A DNA stretch of 64,000 nucleotides from Candidatus Daviesbacteria bacterium (GCA_016195715.1 JACPZA010000031.1:60336-124335); one strand, 5' to 3'; shown: positions 32,580 through 42,787, numbered from the stretch's first letter. Translations and numbers: made by a program. The notes: generated by a model from the letters alone, not told the origin.

Positions 32580-33080
32580 ATGGATAGATTACATAAAAAG
32601 ATAAATATAATAAATAATAAAGGCTTTACCTTGATTGAGTTAATGGTTGTAGTAGTAATAATTGCTATTTTAGCAATTGTGGGTATAACTGTTTATAGTG
32701 GCCAACAAGCCAGTGCCAGAGATAGTAGAAGGAGACAAGATATTGATTCTATTGGAAACGCATTAGAAGCTCATTTTAATCCAGTTGCTAATGCAAATTG
32801 TAGTAGTGGTGCTGCAGGAACTTATTGTTCCATTGATTCAAATTTACAAGCGACATGGTTTGCGGCGGGTAGTGTCCCAGTTGATCCGATTGGGAGCAAT
32901 GGGTATGTTTATACTTACACTCCTGCTGGTGCAGGAACTGTCCTTTATGCGGGTGCTTCTACTTATGTAGTTTGTGCAAAATTGGAAAATACAAATGGAA
33001 CTGGAAATTCAAGTAGCAATACTTCTATTAATACAGTTGGTCCACTACAATACTATTGTAGACAAAATCAACAAACTTAA
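32580..33080 (+). CDS. Type IV pilin paralog 3
   Basis: The leader is ..NNKG|FTLIELMVVV. The motif GQQASARDSRRRQDIDSI and a C-terminal Cys pair are present. Confidence 0.8.
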   Translation: MDRLHKKINIINNKGFTLIELMVVVVIIAILAIVGITVYSGQQASARDSRRRQDIDSIGNALEAHFNPVANANCSSGAAGTYCSIDSNLQATWFAAGSVPVDPIGSNGYVYTYTPAGAGTVLYAGASTYVVCAKLENTNGTGNSSSNTSINTVGPLQYYCRQNQQT

Positions 33081-33150
33081 TTTCCCTGATCCTCTCTTTT
33101 TTACTAATTTCACTTTATTTCTCATCAACTAATGTGATACATTAAATTTA

Positions 33151-33642
33151 ATGCTCAAATCTTTAGGATTTACACTTATTGAATTAATGGTAACTATTGC
33201 CATTATTGGAATTTTATCAGCTGTGGGGCTTACTGTTTTTTCTGGTACTCAAAAAAATGCTAGGGATGCAAAAAGAAAGGGAGATATTGATGAGATAACT
33301 AAAGCTATGGAGCTTCATTATGGCTATTTTAAACCTAATCTCTATGCTGGTCTTTGTCAGATAAATAAAGCTGGCGCTGCACCAGGGGATTTTGATTGTA
33401 CTCAGTGGTTTCCTACTGGCAATATACCCCAGGATCCTAATTCAGGACCTACAGTTGGTTATTGCGCCTTTTATGACACTTCTCCACCTCCACCGAACAC
33501 CACTTGTAATAATACAAATACAAATAGATATTTAAAATCAGGTCCTGGCCCAATACCAGCTATTGATCAAACTTACTGGGTAATTTGTGCCACCTTAGAA
33601 AACCCTTCAGGATTAACTTATTGCCGCTACAATCAACGTTAA
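33151..33642 (+). CDS. Type IV pilin paralog 4
   Basis: The leader is MLKSLG|FTLIELMV. The motif GTQKNARDAKRKGDIDEI and C-terminal cysteines are present. Confidence 0.8.
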   Translation: MLKSLGFTLIELMVTIAIIGILSAVGLTVFSGTQKNARDAKRKGDIDEITKAMELHYGYFKPNLYAGLCQINKAGAAPGDFDCTQWFPTGNIPQDPNSGPTVGYCAFYDTSPPPPNTTCNNTNTNRYLKSGPGPIPAIDQTYWVICATLENPSGLTYCRYNQR

Positions 33643-33643
33643 T

Positions 33644-34099
33644 ATGAATATGGATTTTAAAAAAGGCTTTACGCTAATTGAAATTATGGTAGCTATTACT
33701 ATTATTGGAGTGGTTTTTGGGGTGATTATTACCTCAGCTGGGGCAATTCAGCGCAACTCCAGGGATACTAAAAGAAAATCTGATTTAAGTAATATTCAAG
33801 GAGCGCTAGAACAATATCATGCTGATGCTGGCTATTATCCATATAACCTACCTTCTTCAGGTTCTTTTAAAAGTGACGATGGTCAAAAAACTTATTTGCA
33901 AAATGTCCCAGTTGATCCCCAAACCTCCAATCCATATAAATATGATGGTTATACAAATGACGGATTGACTTTATGCGTAGGTCCTTCTGATTGTGTAAAC
34001 TACTGCTTATATGCTGATCTTGAAAATACTCCCACCCAGGATCCAAGTACTACCTGTACCCCACCGGCAGGTTACAACTATTATGTAACTCAGCCTTAA
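33644..34099 (+). CDS. Type IV pilin paralog 5
   Basis: The leader is ..FKKG|FTLIEIMVAI. The motif RNSRDTKRKSDLSNI and a C-terminal Cys cluster are present. Confidence 0.75.
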   Translation: MNMDFKKGFTLIEIMVAITIIGVVFGVIITSAGAIQRNSRDTKRKSDLSNIQGALEQYHADAGYYPYNLPSSGSFKSDDGQKTYLQNVPVDPQTSNPYKYDGYTNDGLTLCVGPSDCVNYCLYADLENTPTQDPSTTCTPPAGYNYYVTQP

Positions 34100-34133
34100 A
34101 ATTACTTCTTTTACTAGTGACTAGCAAGCTAAA

Positions 34134-34727
34134 ATGTGTTACGTTAAAGTAATGTTTAGGCTTTTTTGCCCAAGCTTAAAAACAGCCTCTTTGGGTTTTA
34201 CTCTGGTTGAAATAATAGTAGCTATAGCTATTTTATCTCTTGCAGCTGTTGTAGCTATACCCGGTTTTAATAAATTTAACCAAGATCAAGTCTTAAGCTT
34301 AGCAACTGGTGAATTAATTACTACTTTGCGCCAAGCCGAAGGTAATGCCCAATCTGGAGTCAAATGTGGCGATAATAATGGTAGTCCCTCAATTAACTGG
34401 TATATCTCTTTCTCAAGTTTTAATGACTACTATGAACTTAAGGCAACCTGCCAAACTGATCCTATTCTAACAATTTATTCTAAAAAAAAAGTCACTCCAG
34501 ACTCCATAACTGTTTCAACTATTTGTAGTGATGGTTCAACTCCTACAACTGGGGATTTTATAACTTTTAATAGCACAACTTATCCTAGTTCCCCGCCAGT
34601 TTATCCTTGTGTTGCTCCTGCAATTTTTATGATTAAGTTGACCTCACTAAAATCCAATAAATCTGATTATGTTCGAGTTGATCAAGGCGGAGCAATTTAT
34701 GAAACACAATCCACTCCAGGTTCTTAA
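34134..34727 (+). CDS. Minor pilin/pseudopilin (GspH/FimT-like)
   Basis: The leader is ..KTASLG|FTLVEIIVAIAIL, followed by a beta-rich domain. Confidence 0.6.
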   Translation: MCYVKVMFRLFCPSLKTASLGFTLVEIIVAIAILSLAAVVAIPGFNKFNQDQVLSLATGELITTLRQAEGNAQSGVKCGDNNGSPSINWYISFSSFNDYYELKATCQTDPILTIYSKKKVTPDSITVSTICSDGSTPTTGDFITFNSTTYPSSPPVYPCVAPAIFMIKLTSLKSNKSDYVRVDQGGAIYETQSTPGS

Positions 34728-35229
34728 ATTAGAATCTGGTCAATCATTACTAGAAATAACTGTTGCTTTATCTGTGGCAGCAATTGCTATTGGCGCTTTA
34801 ACTATTACTACTTTAATTGGCTTAAAAAATAGCCAGTTTTCTCAAAATCAAGTTCTAGCCACTAAATATGGCCAAGAAGAGCTAGAAATTATTCGATCGA
34901 TGCGAGATCGCAACATTTGTGTACAATCTGGATCGGTGAAGTATTTTTGGAATGATAGTGATCTGACTCTCCAACCAACCCTTTGGGGGAGTGATTTTGG
35001 TAGTCAAACTTTTTATTTAGTTAGCAATCCTCCTGATGGGGTGTGTCAGCTGACTGACGTAGCTCCTGGTACTGGAACTGGGGAACTAGCTTTAGCTAAT
35101 AAATTTAAACGAACAGCTTCAATTATTAATATATCTGCTGATCAAAAAAAATTCACAGTTAAAGTAGCTTGGAGTGATTCATCTGGAACTCATCAATCAA
35201 ATTTAGAAACGATACTCTCAAATTATTAA
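34699..35229 (+). CDS. Pilin-like protein, leader MKHNPLQVLKLESG|QSLLEITVAL
   Basis: Gly-1 and Glu+5 are present. The internal Met at 34699 is preferred over the track start 34669 because it avoids a long overlap. Confidence 0.5.
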   Translation: MKHNPLQVLKLESGQSLLEITVALSVAAIAIGALTITTLIGLKNSQFSQNQVLATKYGQEELEIIRSMRDRNICVQSGSVKYFWNDSDLTLQPTLWGSDFGSQTFYLVSNPPDGVCQLTDVAPGTGTGELALANKFKRTASIINISADQKKFTVKVAWSDSSGTHQSNLETILSNY

Positions 35230-35238
35230 TTACAAATT

Positions 35239-35850
35239 ATGAATTATAAATTAAAAAATACAGGTTTTACACTGATTGAAGCTTTAATTGCAGTGACTAT
35301 TTTTGCAGTGATTGGTATTGTGGCTGCAGATTTACTAAATAGAAGTTTTCAAGGTAATAATAAAGCTACTTTGGTTTCAAAACTTAAACAAAATGGTCAA
35401 TCAGCACTAAATATTATGGGAGAAACAATTAGAAGTTCTGATGCAGTAATTTGCACTGGAACTTATCCTGACGATCCAGCTTATTCAAATGATACTATCG
35501 TAATTGTTAAAAATGGGGTTTATACTAGATTTAGGTTCTATTTGCAAAAAGCCTTAAGTGCTAATAATGGTTACATCGCTCAGGATTTAATTACCCTAAC
35601 TGGTCAAGACAGTCAAGTTTTATGTAGCGCAACACAAATACCAATGAGTACTAACCAGTCCTATTTAACTGATACTGATATTAATAATGGAATTTCAATT
35701 AAAAGTGGTGTGTTTGATTATGTAAAAAAAGATGGGGTTAAAGATTTAGTAACTATCAAATTCAGTATCTCTCAAGGGGTTAATGCAATTAAAGGAGTTG
35801 ATACCCAAACTAATGATGTTTCTTTTGAAACAACAGTCACACTAAGATGA
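35239..35850 (+). CDS. Minor pilin (prepilin-type N-terminal cleavage/methylation domain)
   Basis: The leader is ..KNTG|FTLIEALIAVTIFAV. Confidence 0.6.
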   Translation: MNYKLKNTGFTLIEALIAVTIFAVIGIVAADLLNRSFQGNNKATLVSKLKQNGQSALNIMGETIRSSDAVICTGTYPDDPAYSNDTIVIVKNGVYTRFRFYLQKALSANNGYIAQDLITLTGQDSQVLCSATQIPMSTNQSYLTDTDINNGISIKSGVFDYVKKDGVKDLVTIKFSISQGVNAIKGVDTQTNDVSFETTVTLR

Positions 35851-36734
35851 AAAACCAAACAGGCCAAGTAATAATAATACTGCTGCTCATAATATTAGTT
35901 GCTTTAACCATTGGAGTAGCAATTGTTCAAAACTCACTTTCTGATGTTTCAACTTCTACTAAAACTGAACAATCATCCCGAGCTTTTTCCGCTGCTGAAG
36001 CTGGAATTGAGCAAGCACTAATTACTAATACTTCTGGACCTGTTAGTTTGGATAATAGTTCAACAGCTGATATTAATGTACTTTTAGATTTACCAGCTAA
36101 TGCCTCTACTGCTTTGGAATATCCCCCAATAACTAAAGCAGATTTTGCCCAATTTTGGCTAGCAGATCCAACTACTCAAGCAACTTTTTTTAATGGCAGC
36201 AGTTTTCAAGTTTATTTTGGCAATTGTTCACAAAATCCTTGCGAAGCAGTTTCTGATAAGCCAGCAATTGAAGTGGATACAGTTATCAAAGATTCACTCA
36301 CTGGCAATTATCGTTGGGACAAACAGTATTTTGATTCAGATGGCTCAAGAACTAATACTAATAACTTTCAAAAAATTAATGGTGCAGGATGTGATAACAA
36401 TATGGGTGGAGGAAGCACCATTAATGCCAATACCACTAACTCTCCAACCAGTCAATTTTATTGTTATGTTAATGTTTTATACTCAAGCGTCTCAACAGAT
36501 ATTCCTATTTTGGTAAGAGTGAGAATTCTTTACTCTTCAACAGCTCAAAAAATTGCTTTGATGCCTATACCTGGCAATAATGGTAAGGGTTTGCCTGCCC
36601 AAGCTACAACTTATACCTCAGTTGGTAAATCTGGAGAATCTATTAGACAGGTTAAAATCTTTAAAGAGCAAAACGTAGTTCCTTATTTTTTTGATTTTGC
36701 CATATTTTCAACAGCACCTATCACCAAACAATGA
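35847..36734 (+). CDS. PilX-like minor pilin / pilus-associated protein
   Basis: An N-terminal leader KNQTG|QVIIILLLIILVAL with a hydrophobic helix, followed by a Cys-containing globular domain. Its start overlaps the previous stop. Confidence 0.45.
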   Translation: MKNQTGQVIIILLLIILVALTIGVAIVQNSLSDVSTSTKTEQSSRAFSAAEAGIEQALITNTSGPVSLDNSSTADINVLLDLPANASTALEYPPITKADFAQFWLADPTTQATFFNGSSFQVYFGNCSQNPCEAVSDKPAIEVDTVIKDSLTGNYRWDKQYFDSDGSRTNTNNFQKINGAGCDNNMGGGSTINANTTNSPTSQFYCYVNVLYSSVSTDIPILVRVRILYSSTAQKIALMPIPGNNGKGLPAQATTYTSVGKSGESIRQVKIFKEQNVVPYFFDFAIFSTAPITKQ

Positions 36735-37156
36735 GTAACTTTAAAAGATATTTAAGGGAAAAAGGTTTTTCAATAATTGAAATCTTGCTCGTTGTAATGA
36801 TTGTTGGATTTATTACTTCTTTAGTCTTACTTCTACCCTCTTCAATTGGTTTGGTTGGAGATAGTAAAAGTACCGCACTTGCTAAAGACATTGCTAGCCG
36901 ACAAATGGAGTCGTTAAGGGCAAAGGGTTATGATAATTTGCTTGGACTTCGGGGTCCAGCTACTAATATTTCTGATTCTAGAGTAAGCCAACTTCAAAGC
37001 GGCAGTGCCACTTTTACTATCTCAGATTGCCCAATAGATATTTGCACTAATAATGAGCAAATTGTTAAAGCAATAGTGGCTGTTAACTGGAAAGAGAAAA
37101 ATCAAACCAAAACTGTTAGTTTATCTACTTTGATTGCAAAAGGAGGTCTGCAGTGA
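36731..37156 (+). CDS. Minor pilin (prepilin-type)
   Basis: The leader is ..REKG|FSIIEILLVVMIVG. Confidence 0.6.
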   Translation: MSNFKRYLREKGFSIIEILLVVMIVGFITSLVLLLPSSIGLVGDSKSTALAKDIASRQMESLRAKGYDNLLGLRGPATNISDSRVSQLQSGSATFTISDCPIDICTNNEQIVKAIVAVNWKEKNQTKTVSLSTLIAKGGLQ

Positions 37157-37728
37157 GAAAATCTCTGGGTTTTTCATTATTTGAAGTAATTTTAGTAATT
37201 GGTTTAGGAGCTGTGGTGGGGAGTTTAATTTTAAGATTATTGACAGTTAATAGCGGGGTTTATAACGATCAGATTGCCCAGGTTAATCAAGGTTTAGGAT
37301 TAAATAGTAGCATTTCTCAAATTGAATCAGATCTTAAACCAGCCGCCGGAGTTGTGACAAGCTATACCAATGGTTCAAATACATATTCCAGCTCTTTAAA
37401 CTCTTTGGTTTTAAAACTTGCTTCGCTAGATAGCCAAGGAAAAGTTTTGGCTAATACTTTTGACTATATAGTAATCGTTGCTGATTCCTCTAATCCTAAA
37501 ATATTAAGACGAAGAATTTTTGCCGATCCTTCAAGTTCCCGTAAAAATGCCAATCAGGTACTACTGACTAATTTGTCTTTAATTAATTTTTTTTATTACG
37601 ATCAAAATGATTTAATTGTTTCCCCATCAACTGCAGTGAAAGTAAATTTTGTGCTAAATACTGCCAGTAATATTGGTAAATCTTCAATAAGTAGTGCTAG
37701 TAGTGCTGTTAACTTGCGTAATCAATAG
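37153..37728 (+). CDS. Minor pilin (prepilin-type)
   Basis: The leader is MRKSLG|FSLFEVILVIGL. Confidence 0.6.
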   Translation: MRKSLGFSLFEVILVIGLGAVVGSLILRLLTVNSGVYNDQIAQVNQGLGLNSSISQIESDLKPAAGVVTSYTNGSNTYSSSLNSLVLKLASLDSQGKVLANTFDYIVIVADSSNPKILRRRIFADPSSSRKNANQVLLTNLSLINFFYYDQNDLIVSPSTAVKVNFVLNTASNIGKSSISSASSAVNLRNQ

Positions 37729-37745
37729 CTTAAAATAAAAACAAA

Positions 37746-39575
37746 ATGAAAAAACTATTAAACCAAAAAGGACAAATGTTTATTTTAGGGACAATTGTCT
37801 TAACTTTAGTAATGATTAATACTATCCTGATTATTAGTAATGCCTTAACTTTTAGCCAAAGCTCCAAATATACAGTAAATAGTTTAAAAGCCTCAAATCT
37901 AGCAGAAGCAGGCCTTGATAAAGCAATCGCCTCTTTAAATAAAGGTGGCTCTTATACTGATGATGGGAGTGTGGAACACACTTTTGGTGATGGGACTTAT
38001 ACAATTTCCATTGGCACAAACGCAGATGGTAGTAAAAATATTACTGCTGTAGGCTATATTCCAAATAAAGCCTCGGCTAAATCAAAAAGAACTATATCTG
38101 TTACCTTAGGAAAAGGAGCTGGTTTTTCTTTTGCATATGCACTCCAAGCTGGTTCAGGGGGTTTAATATTAAATAATAATGCGACAGTAAATGGTCCGGT
38201 TTACTCAAATTACAATGTTTCAATGGGTAACGGAGCAGCAATTAATGGAGATACTTACGTGGCTGGAGGTACTCAACCGACAGCTGAGGAGCAAACTGAA
38301 TGTTTGCCTACTCCCCCTTCTTCAAACTGTAAAGAATTTTTTCAAGGCTCTTTAATCAGTAACCAAAGACAGCTTGATTCTGCTCAAAGCTTTAAGACGA
38401 ATATCCCTCCTCCTAGTGATAATGTTTTAAGCAAAATTTCCCTGAAATTAAAAAAAGTCGGAAATCCAAGTTCTGATATACCAGTTAAGTTAACCACAGA
38501 TAAAAATGGCAAACCAGATAAAAATGGTGTTCTAACAACTGGCGTGATTTATAATAGCTTGGTTACTTCCTCATATAGCTGGGTTGACGTCGAATTTGCT
38601 AGCCGTCCGGTTTTAAGTGATCAGACTACTTATTGGATTGTGATCGATACATCAAGCTATGATCCAAATAATTACTGGGCCTGGTCAGCTAATAAAGATG
38701 GGACTGGCTATACTCGGGGTAAGTCTTATTGGTCACCAGATTGGAGCGTTTCAAATCCGGTCTGGAATGACGTAGGGACTGACCTGGATTTTAAAACTTT
38801 TATGGGTGGAGTCCCTACTTCAATTACTGGAGGAAATATCAATAATGGCGACGCTCACGCAAATACAATTAATAACACTGAGATTTCCTCTGGTACTGCT
38901 TATTATCAAGCCCAACAAGGTATTACGGTTAGAGGAAGTAGCTGCACTAATAATCAATATTGTATACCTGTAACCTCTGATCCACCGGCTAAAGTAATGC
39001 CAATTTCTGATGCTAATATTCAGGATTGGAAAACCCAGGCAGCCATACCCTCTCATAGCGGATTTTCCAATTGTCCGAGTCCGGCAGTACTAGGCCCAGG
39101 CAAATATATAGGAGATGTAACAATAAAATGTAATGTTACAGTAAATGATCCTATTTGGATTACTGGAAATTTAACTATTAATAACAATGCCACTATACAG
39201 TTAAATCCTGCTTATGGTGCATCTTCGGGGATGATTATTGTTGATGGAAAAATTGCTGTTAGTAATGGTGCTACTATTACAGGATCAGGTGTTTCAGGAA
39301 GTTATATAACCACTTTAACTACTTATTCTTCGGTAGATAGCAGTGATTATGCCATTGATTTGTCTAATAATTCATCGACAGATATATTATATGCCGGAGA
39401 TGGAACAATTCATTTTAACAATCTGGGAGGTACTGCAAAAGAGATTACCGCTAAAACTGTGGTATTAGATCCGAATGCGGTTGTTAGTTATCAGACTGGT
39501 TTATCATCTGTAGTTTTTTCCTCAGGCCCGTCTGGGTCTTATAATATCATCAAAGGTACCTATCAAAATAAGTGA
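37746..39575 (+). CDS. Large pilin-anchored protein, candidate pilus tip adhesin (PilY1-like role)
   Basis: The leader is ..LNQKG|QMFILGTIVLTLVM. The 609-aa protein is rich in Gly/Asn/Thr repeats (..NNNATVNGPV.., ..ITGNLTINNNATIQ..) suggestive of a beta-helix. It sits at the end of the minor pilin set. Confidence 0.45.
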   Translation: MKKLLNQKGQMFILGTIVLTLVMINTILIISNALTFSQSSKYTVNSLKASNLAEAGLDKAIASLNKGGSYTDDGSVEHTFGDGTYTISIGTNADGSKNITAVGYIPNKASAKSKRTISVTLGKGAGFSFAYALQAGSGGLILNNNATVNGPVYSNYNVSMGNGAAINGDTYVAGGTQPTAEEQTECLPTPPSSNCKEFFQGSLISNQRQLDSAQSFKTNIPPPSDNVLSKISLKLKKVGNPSSDIPVKLTTDKNGKPDKNGVLTTGVIYNSLVTSSYSWVDVEFASRPVLSDQTTYWIVIDTSSYDPNNYWAWSANKDGTGYTRGKSYWSPDWSVSNPVWNDVGTDLDFKTFMGGVPTSITGGNINNGDAHANTINNTEISSGTAYYQAQQGITVRGSSCTNNQYCIPVTSDPPAKVMPISDANIQDWKTQAAIPSHSGFSNCPSPAVLGPGKYIGDVTIKCNVTVNDPIWITGNLTINNNATIQLNPAYGASSGMIIVDGKIAVSNGATITGSGVSGSYITTLTTYSSVDSSDYAIDLSNNSSTDILYAGDGTIHFNNLGGTAKEITAKTVVLDPNAVVSYQTGLSSVVFSSGPSGSYNIIKGTYQNK

Positions 39576-39737
39576 AGAGCTAGTTGCTAGAATCTTGAAT
39601 CTAGTTATACAATCAATTAGGAGTTATGAATTTAAAATTAAGAATTAAGCATCTAAAACAGAAGAAAGGTGGTGATAGTCAATTTGGCTGTAGAAATAGT
39701 TAAACAGATAAAGATTGTCCAAATTGACTAAAGTCCC

Positions 39738-40778
39738 TTGGCTGCTCAAATAAAAATTGGTTTAGATATTGGTTTAGCATTAATTAAAGTTGTTGTTTTA
39801 TCAACCAAAGATACACCGCGCCGACTTTTATCATTGGGTCAAATCGCCTCTCCTCAACCAGGAATTATTTCAGATTCAGATCTAGATTTAGAGTCGGTTG
39901 CAAATGCTATAAAAAATTTAATGACAGAGATTAAAGCTCCAGAAAAACAAGTCATTGTGGCTTTACCTGAATCAAAAATCTTCACTAGAGTAATTTATGA
40001 CCTGCCTTTTTTGACAAATGAAGAGTTAGCTCAAGCAATTAAATATGCCGCCGAAGAGTTTGTACCTATGCCAATTACCCAGGTGAATCTAAACTATCAA
40101 GTTATTTTTAGAAGTAAAGAAAAAGGCCCCAAAAGTCGAACAGTAGTTTTTGTAGTAGCTTCACCTAAAAACATGGTTAATAAATATTTAAAAGTTTTGA
40201 GCATGGCAGACTTAAAACCTATTGCCATAGAAACTGAGTTGATTGCTTCGGCAAGAGCTTTGGTTGGTAGTAATCCTTTTTCACCAACGACTTTAATTGT
40301 TCAATTTGGGGCAACTACCACGGATTTTGCCGTCGTATCGGAAGGATTGATATTGCTAACTCGTTCTATTTCCACTGGGGCTGTTGCATTGACTCGAGCA
40401 ATTGCTCAAGCTTTTAATTTTGAACTAATTCAAGCTGAGGAATACAAAAAAGTCTATGGAATATTGGAAGATCAGCTGGAGGGAAAGTTATTCCAAGTTT
40501 TAAAACCAATTGTGGATGTAATTTTGTCTGAAACTAGAAGAGTGATTCAAGCCCATGAGACTCAAAATCCCCAAAGAGCCGTCAAGCGAGTTGTTTTAAC
40601 CGGTGGTGGCGCCAAATTACCTGGTTTAGTAGTTTATTTAGCTAATTCGCTAGGTTTAGAAGTTCAAGAAGCAGACCCTTGGGAGGGTTTGAGTAAAGAC
40701 CCAGCCTTAAAAAATAAACTTGTTGCTGATGCGCCGGTGTATTCTGTAGCCGTTGGGTTAGCGTTAAGGGAAGATTAA
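39738..40778 (+). CDS. pilM: Type IV pilus assembly protein PilM (actin-like ATPase fold)
   Basis: A TTG start. Motifs IGLDIGLALIKVVVL and the C-terminal ..LTGGGAKLPGL.. fit the actin/FtsA-like PilM pattern. Confidence 0.8.
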   Translation: MAAQIKIGLDIGLALIKVVVLSTKDTPRRLLSLGQIASPQPGIISDSDLDLESVANAIKNLMTEIKAPEKQVIVALPESKIFTRVIYDLPFLTNEELAQAIKYAAEEFVPMPITQVNLNYQVIFRSKEKGPKSRTVVFVVASPKNMVNKYLKVLSMADLKPIAIETELIASARALVGSNPFSPTTLIVQFGATTTDFAVVSEGLILLTRSISTGAVALTRAIAQAFNFELIQAEEYKKVYGILEDQLEGKLFQVLKPIVDVILSETRRVIQAHETQNPQRAVKRVVLTGGGAKLPGLVVYLANSLGLEVQEADPWEGLSKDPALKNKLVADAPVYSVAVGLALRED

Positions 40779-40779
40779 A

Positions 40780-41319
40780 ATGAATAAAATTTCTATTAAT
40801 TTACTTCCAGCAGAGTTAGGCGTTGCTGAAAAAAAACAGTTCCGCAAAATTTGGATAATTCGAATTACTGTTGTGGTGATCGGAGTAATTAGCGCTCTAG
40901 CAGCTGTAGCTTTGGGGTTGGTAATTTTTAAAAATAATGAGCAATCTCAGGTAAATCTTCGATTAAAGCAAGCTGAGCAGCAAGTTGCATCTTTAAATGA
41001 ACAGGAAGGATATTTAACACTTCTTCGTCAAAGATTAGACAGCGTTATTACCTTACAACAAAAGGAAAATAAGCAAACTCAAGGATTAAGTTCTATTACT
41101 CAAATCGTTCCCGAAGAAGTTGCTATTAATTCTTTAGCAGTTGATCGCAACGGAACAATTCTTCTGAGTGGACTAAGCAACGGTGTAATTGGGTTAAACT
41201 CACTGGTTAACGCTTTGGGTGATAGCACAAAAAATAATTTTACCAAAACTAACATTGATAGCTTGTCTAAAGGGACAACAGATTCTTATAGATTTGATAT
41301 AAGTACCAAACTAAAATGA
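40780..41319 (+). CDS. pilN: Type IV pilus assembly protein PilN
   Basis: The conserved N-terminal INLLP motif (KISINLLPAE) is followed by a TM helix and a coiled-coil. Confidence 0.7.
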   Translation: MNKISINLLPAELGVAEKKQFRKIWIIRITVVVIGVISALAAVALGLVIFKNNEQSQVNLRLKQAEQQVASLNEQEGYLTLLRQRLDSVITLQQKENKQTQGLSSITQIVPEEVAINSLAVDRNGTILLSGLSNGVIGLNSLVNALGDSTKNNFTKTNIDSLSKGTTDSYRFDISTKLK

Positions 41320-42023
41320 AGCTTAAATTACCTCAACTGCCTTCTGGTGCAGAAAGATATCAGCTATTAATTTGGCCATTAGTTGGGATAGGTATATCAA
41401 TTCTGTTGTTGGTACTGGTGATTATTCCTCAATTACTTCGGATTTGGGCAACTAATCAAAAAATTGAAACCACCAAAGATAAGATTACAACTTTAAATCA
41501 AAAATATGATCAACTGAAAAGAATTGATCTTAATGAATACAAACAAAACTTAAATGAAGCTTTAATTGCTCTGCCTTTGGATAAAGATATTCCATCAGGA
41601 ATTAGCCAGATTCAAACAGTAGCTTTAAATGATCAAATACAAATTAGTGGTCTGATTGTTGGTAGTGGTACTACTACAAGTAATCCGGCATCTTATCAGT
41701 TTAAAATAGAGGGGGTTGGCAGTTTAGATTCAGTTAAAAAATTTATTGCAGATATTCAAAAAGGTCCAAGGGTTATGAGTCTTGATTCAGTTGAGTTAAG
41801 CAGTGGCAATAAGGAAGGATCGGTTTATAGTGTTAATTTAGGTATCACGACTTATTCACAAGTTCAGGAAACTAAGCTTGGTCCACTTGATCAACCGGTT
41901 GTGAATTTAAATGATAAAGAAATAGCAGTTTTAACTGCAATCAAGCAAAGTACTCAGAATACTCAAATTATTTCTCAAAATGGTACGACTGGAGCTAAAG
42001 GTAAATCAGATCCGTTTCAGTAA
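41316..42023 (+). CDS. pilO: Type IV pilus assembly protein PilO
   Basis: A bitopic protein with a TM helix, a coiled-coil and a C-terminal ferredoxin-like domain. The gene is translationally coupled (ATGA) to pilN. Confidence 0.6.
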   Translation: MKLKLPQLPSGAERYQLLIWPLVGIGISILLLVLVIIPQLLRIWATNQKIETTKDKITTLNQKYDQLKRIDLNEYKQNLNEALIALPLDKDIPSGISQIQTVALNDQIQISGLIVGSGTTTSNPASYQFKIEGVGSLDSVKKFIADIQKGPRVMSLDSVELSSGNKEGSVYSVNLGITTYSQVQETKLGPLDQPVVNLNDKEIAVLTAIKQSTQNTQIISQNGTTGAKGKSDPFQ

Positions 42024-42109
42024 AAATTTGGACAATTCTACCAAACTCTATCTGTTATTTTGTTACATTACCGAATTGTCCATTAGGAGCTTTATTTCGA
42101 TATTTATGA

Positions 42110-42787
42110 TTAATTTTTCTTTAAAAGGTCAGGCCTAAGTTTTTTAGTTTTTTCCAAAGATTTTTCTTTCCGCCAATTTGCTATAGCTTGATGATTACCT
42201 GAAAGTAAAATTTCTGGGACTTTTAAATTTTCAAACTTTTCTGGTCTGGTATAGTGAGGATATTCTAGTAAATTATCTTCAAAGCTTTCATTTTTTATAG
42301 CCTCTGCTTTTTCTAAAACTCCTTTAATTAATCTAGTAGTTGAATCCACTATTACCATGGCTGGAATTTCCCCACCAGTTAAAATAAAATCCCCAATTGA
42401 TATTTCCTCGTCTACATATTTTTCTATAAATCGCTGATCCACTCCTTCGTAGTGACCACAAATAATAATTAGATGTTTAAGTTTAGAAAGTTGTTTAGCT
42501 TTTGTTTGAGTATAAGTTTGACCAGAGGCTGAAGTTAACAAAACCAAAGTTTGTTTAGTTTTTTTGATACTTAAAAGCGCTTTGGTTAGTACATCAGCTT
42601 TTAATATCATCCCAACTCCCCCACCGTAGGGCCTATCATCAACTGTTTTGTGTTGACTCTGCCCAAAATCTCTTAAATTAATAATTTCAAATTCAACTTT
42701 AGTCTTATTTTGAGCTCTCTTTAAAATAGAAGAATTTAAAATTGGGGTAAAAACTTCTGGAAAAAGAGTGATAATAGAAAATTTCAT
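42110..42787 (-). CDS. trmD: tRNA (guanine37-N1)-methyltransferase
   Basis: The SPOUT N-terminus MKFSIITLFPEVF is present, along with ..GGGVGMIL.. and ..ICGHYEGVDQR.. Confidence 0.9.
   Translation of the reverse strand: MKFSIITLFPEVFTPILNSSILKRAQNKTKVEFEIINLRDFGQSQHKTVDDRPYGGGVGMILKADVLTKALLSIKKTKQTLVLLTSASGQTYTQTKAKQLSKLKHLIIICGHYEGVDQRFIEKYVDEEISIGDFILTGGEIPAMVIVDSTTRLIKGVLEKAEAIKNESFEDNLLEYPHYTRPEKFENLKVPEILLSGNHQAIANWRKEKSLEKTKKLRPDLLKKN

Noticed and set aside
42030-42082. 9-bp inverted repeat (GGACAATTC...GAATTGTCC) between convergent pilO and trmD as a bidirectional terminator
   Set aside because: The 34-nt loop and the absence of flanking U or A tracts make a canonical intrinsic terminator doubtful. 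It is noted only as a possible protein-binding or weak terminator site.
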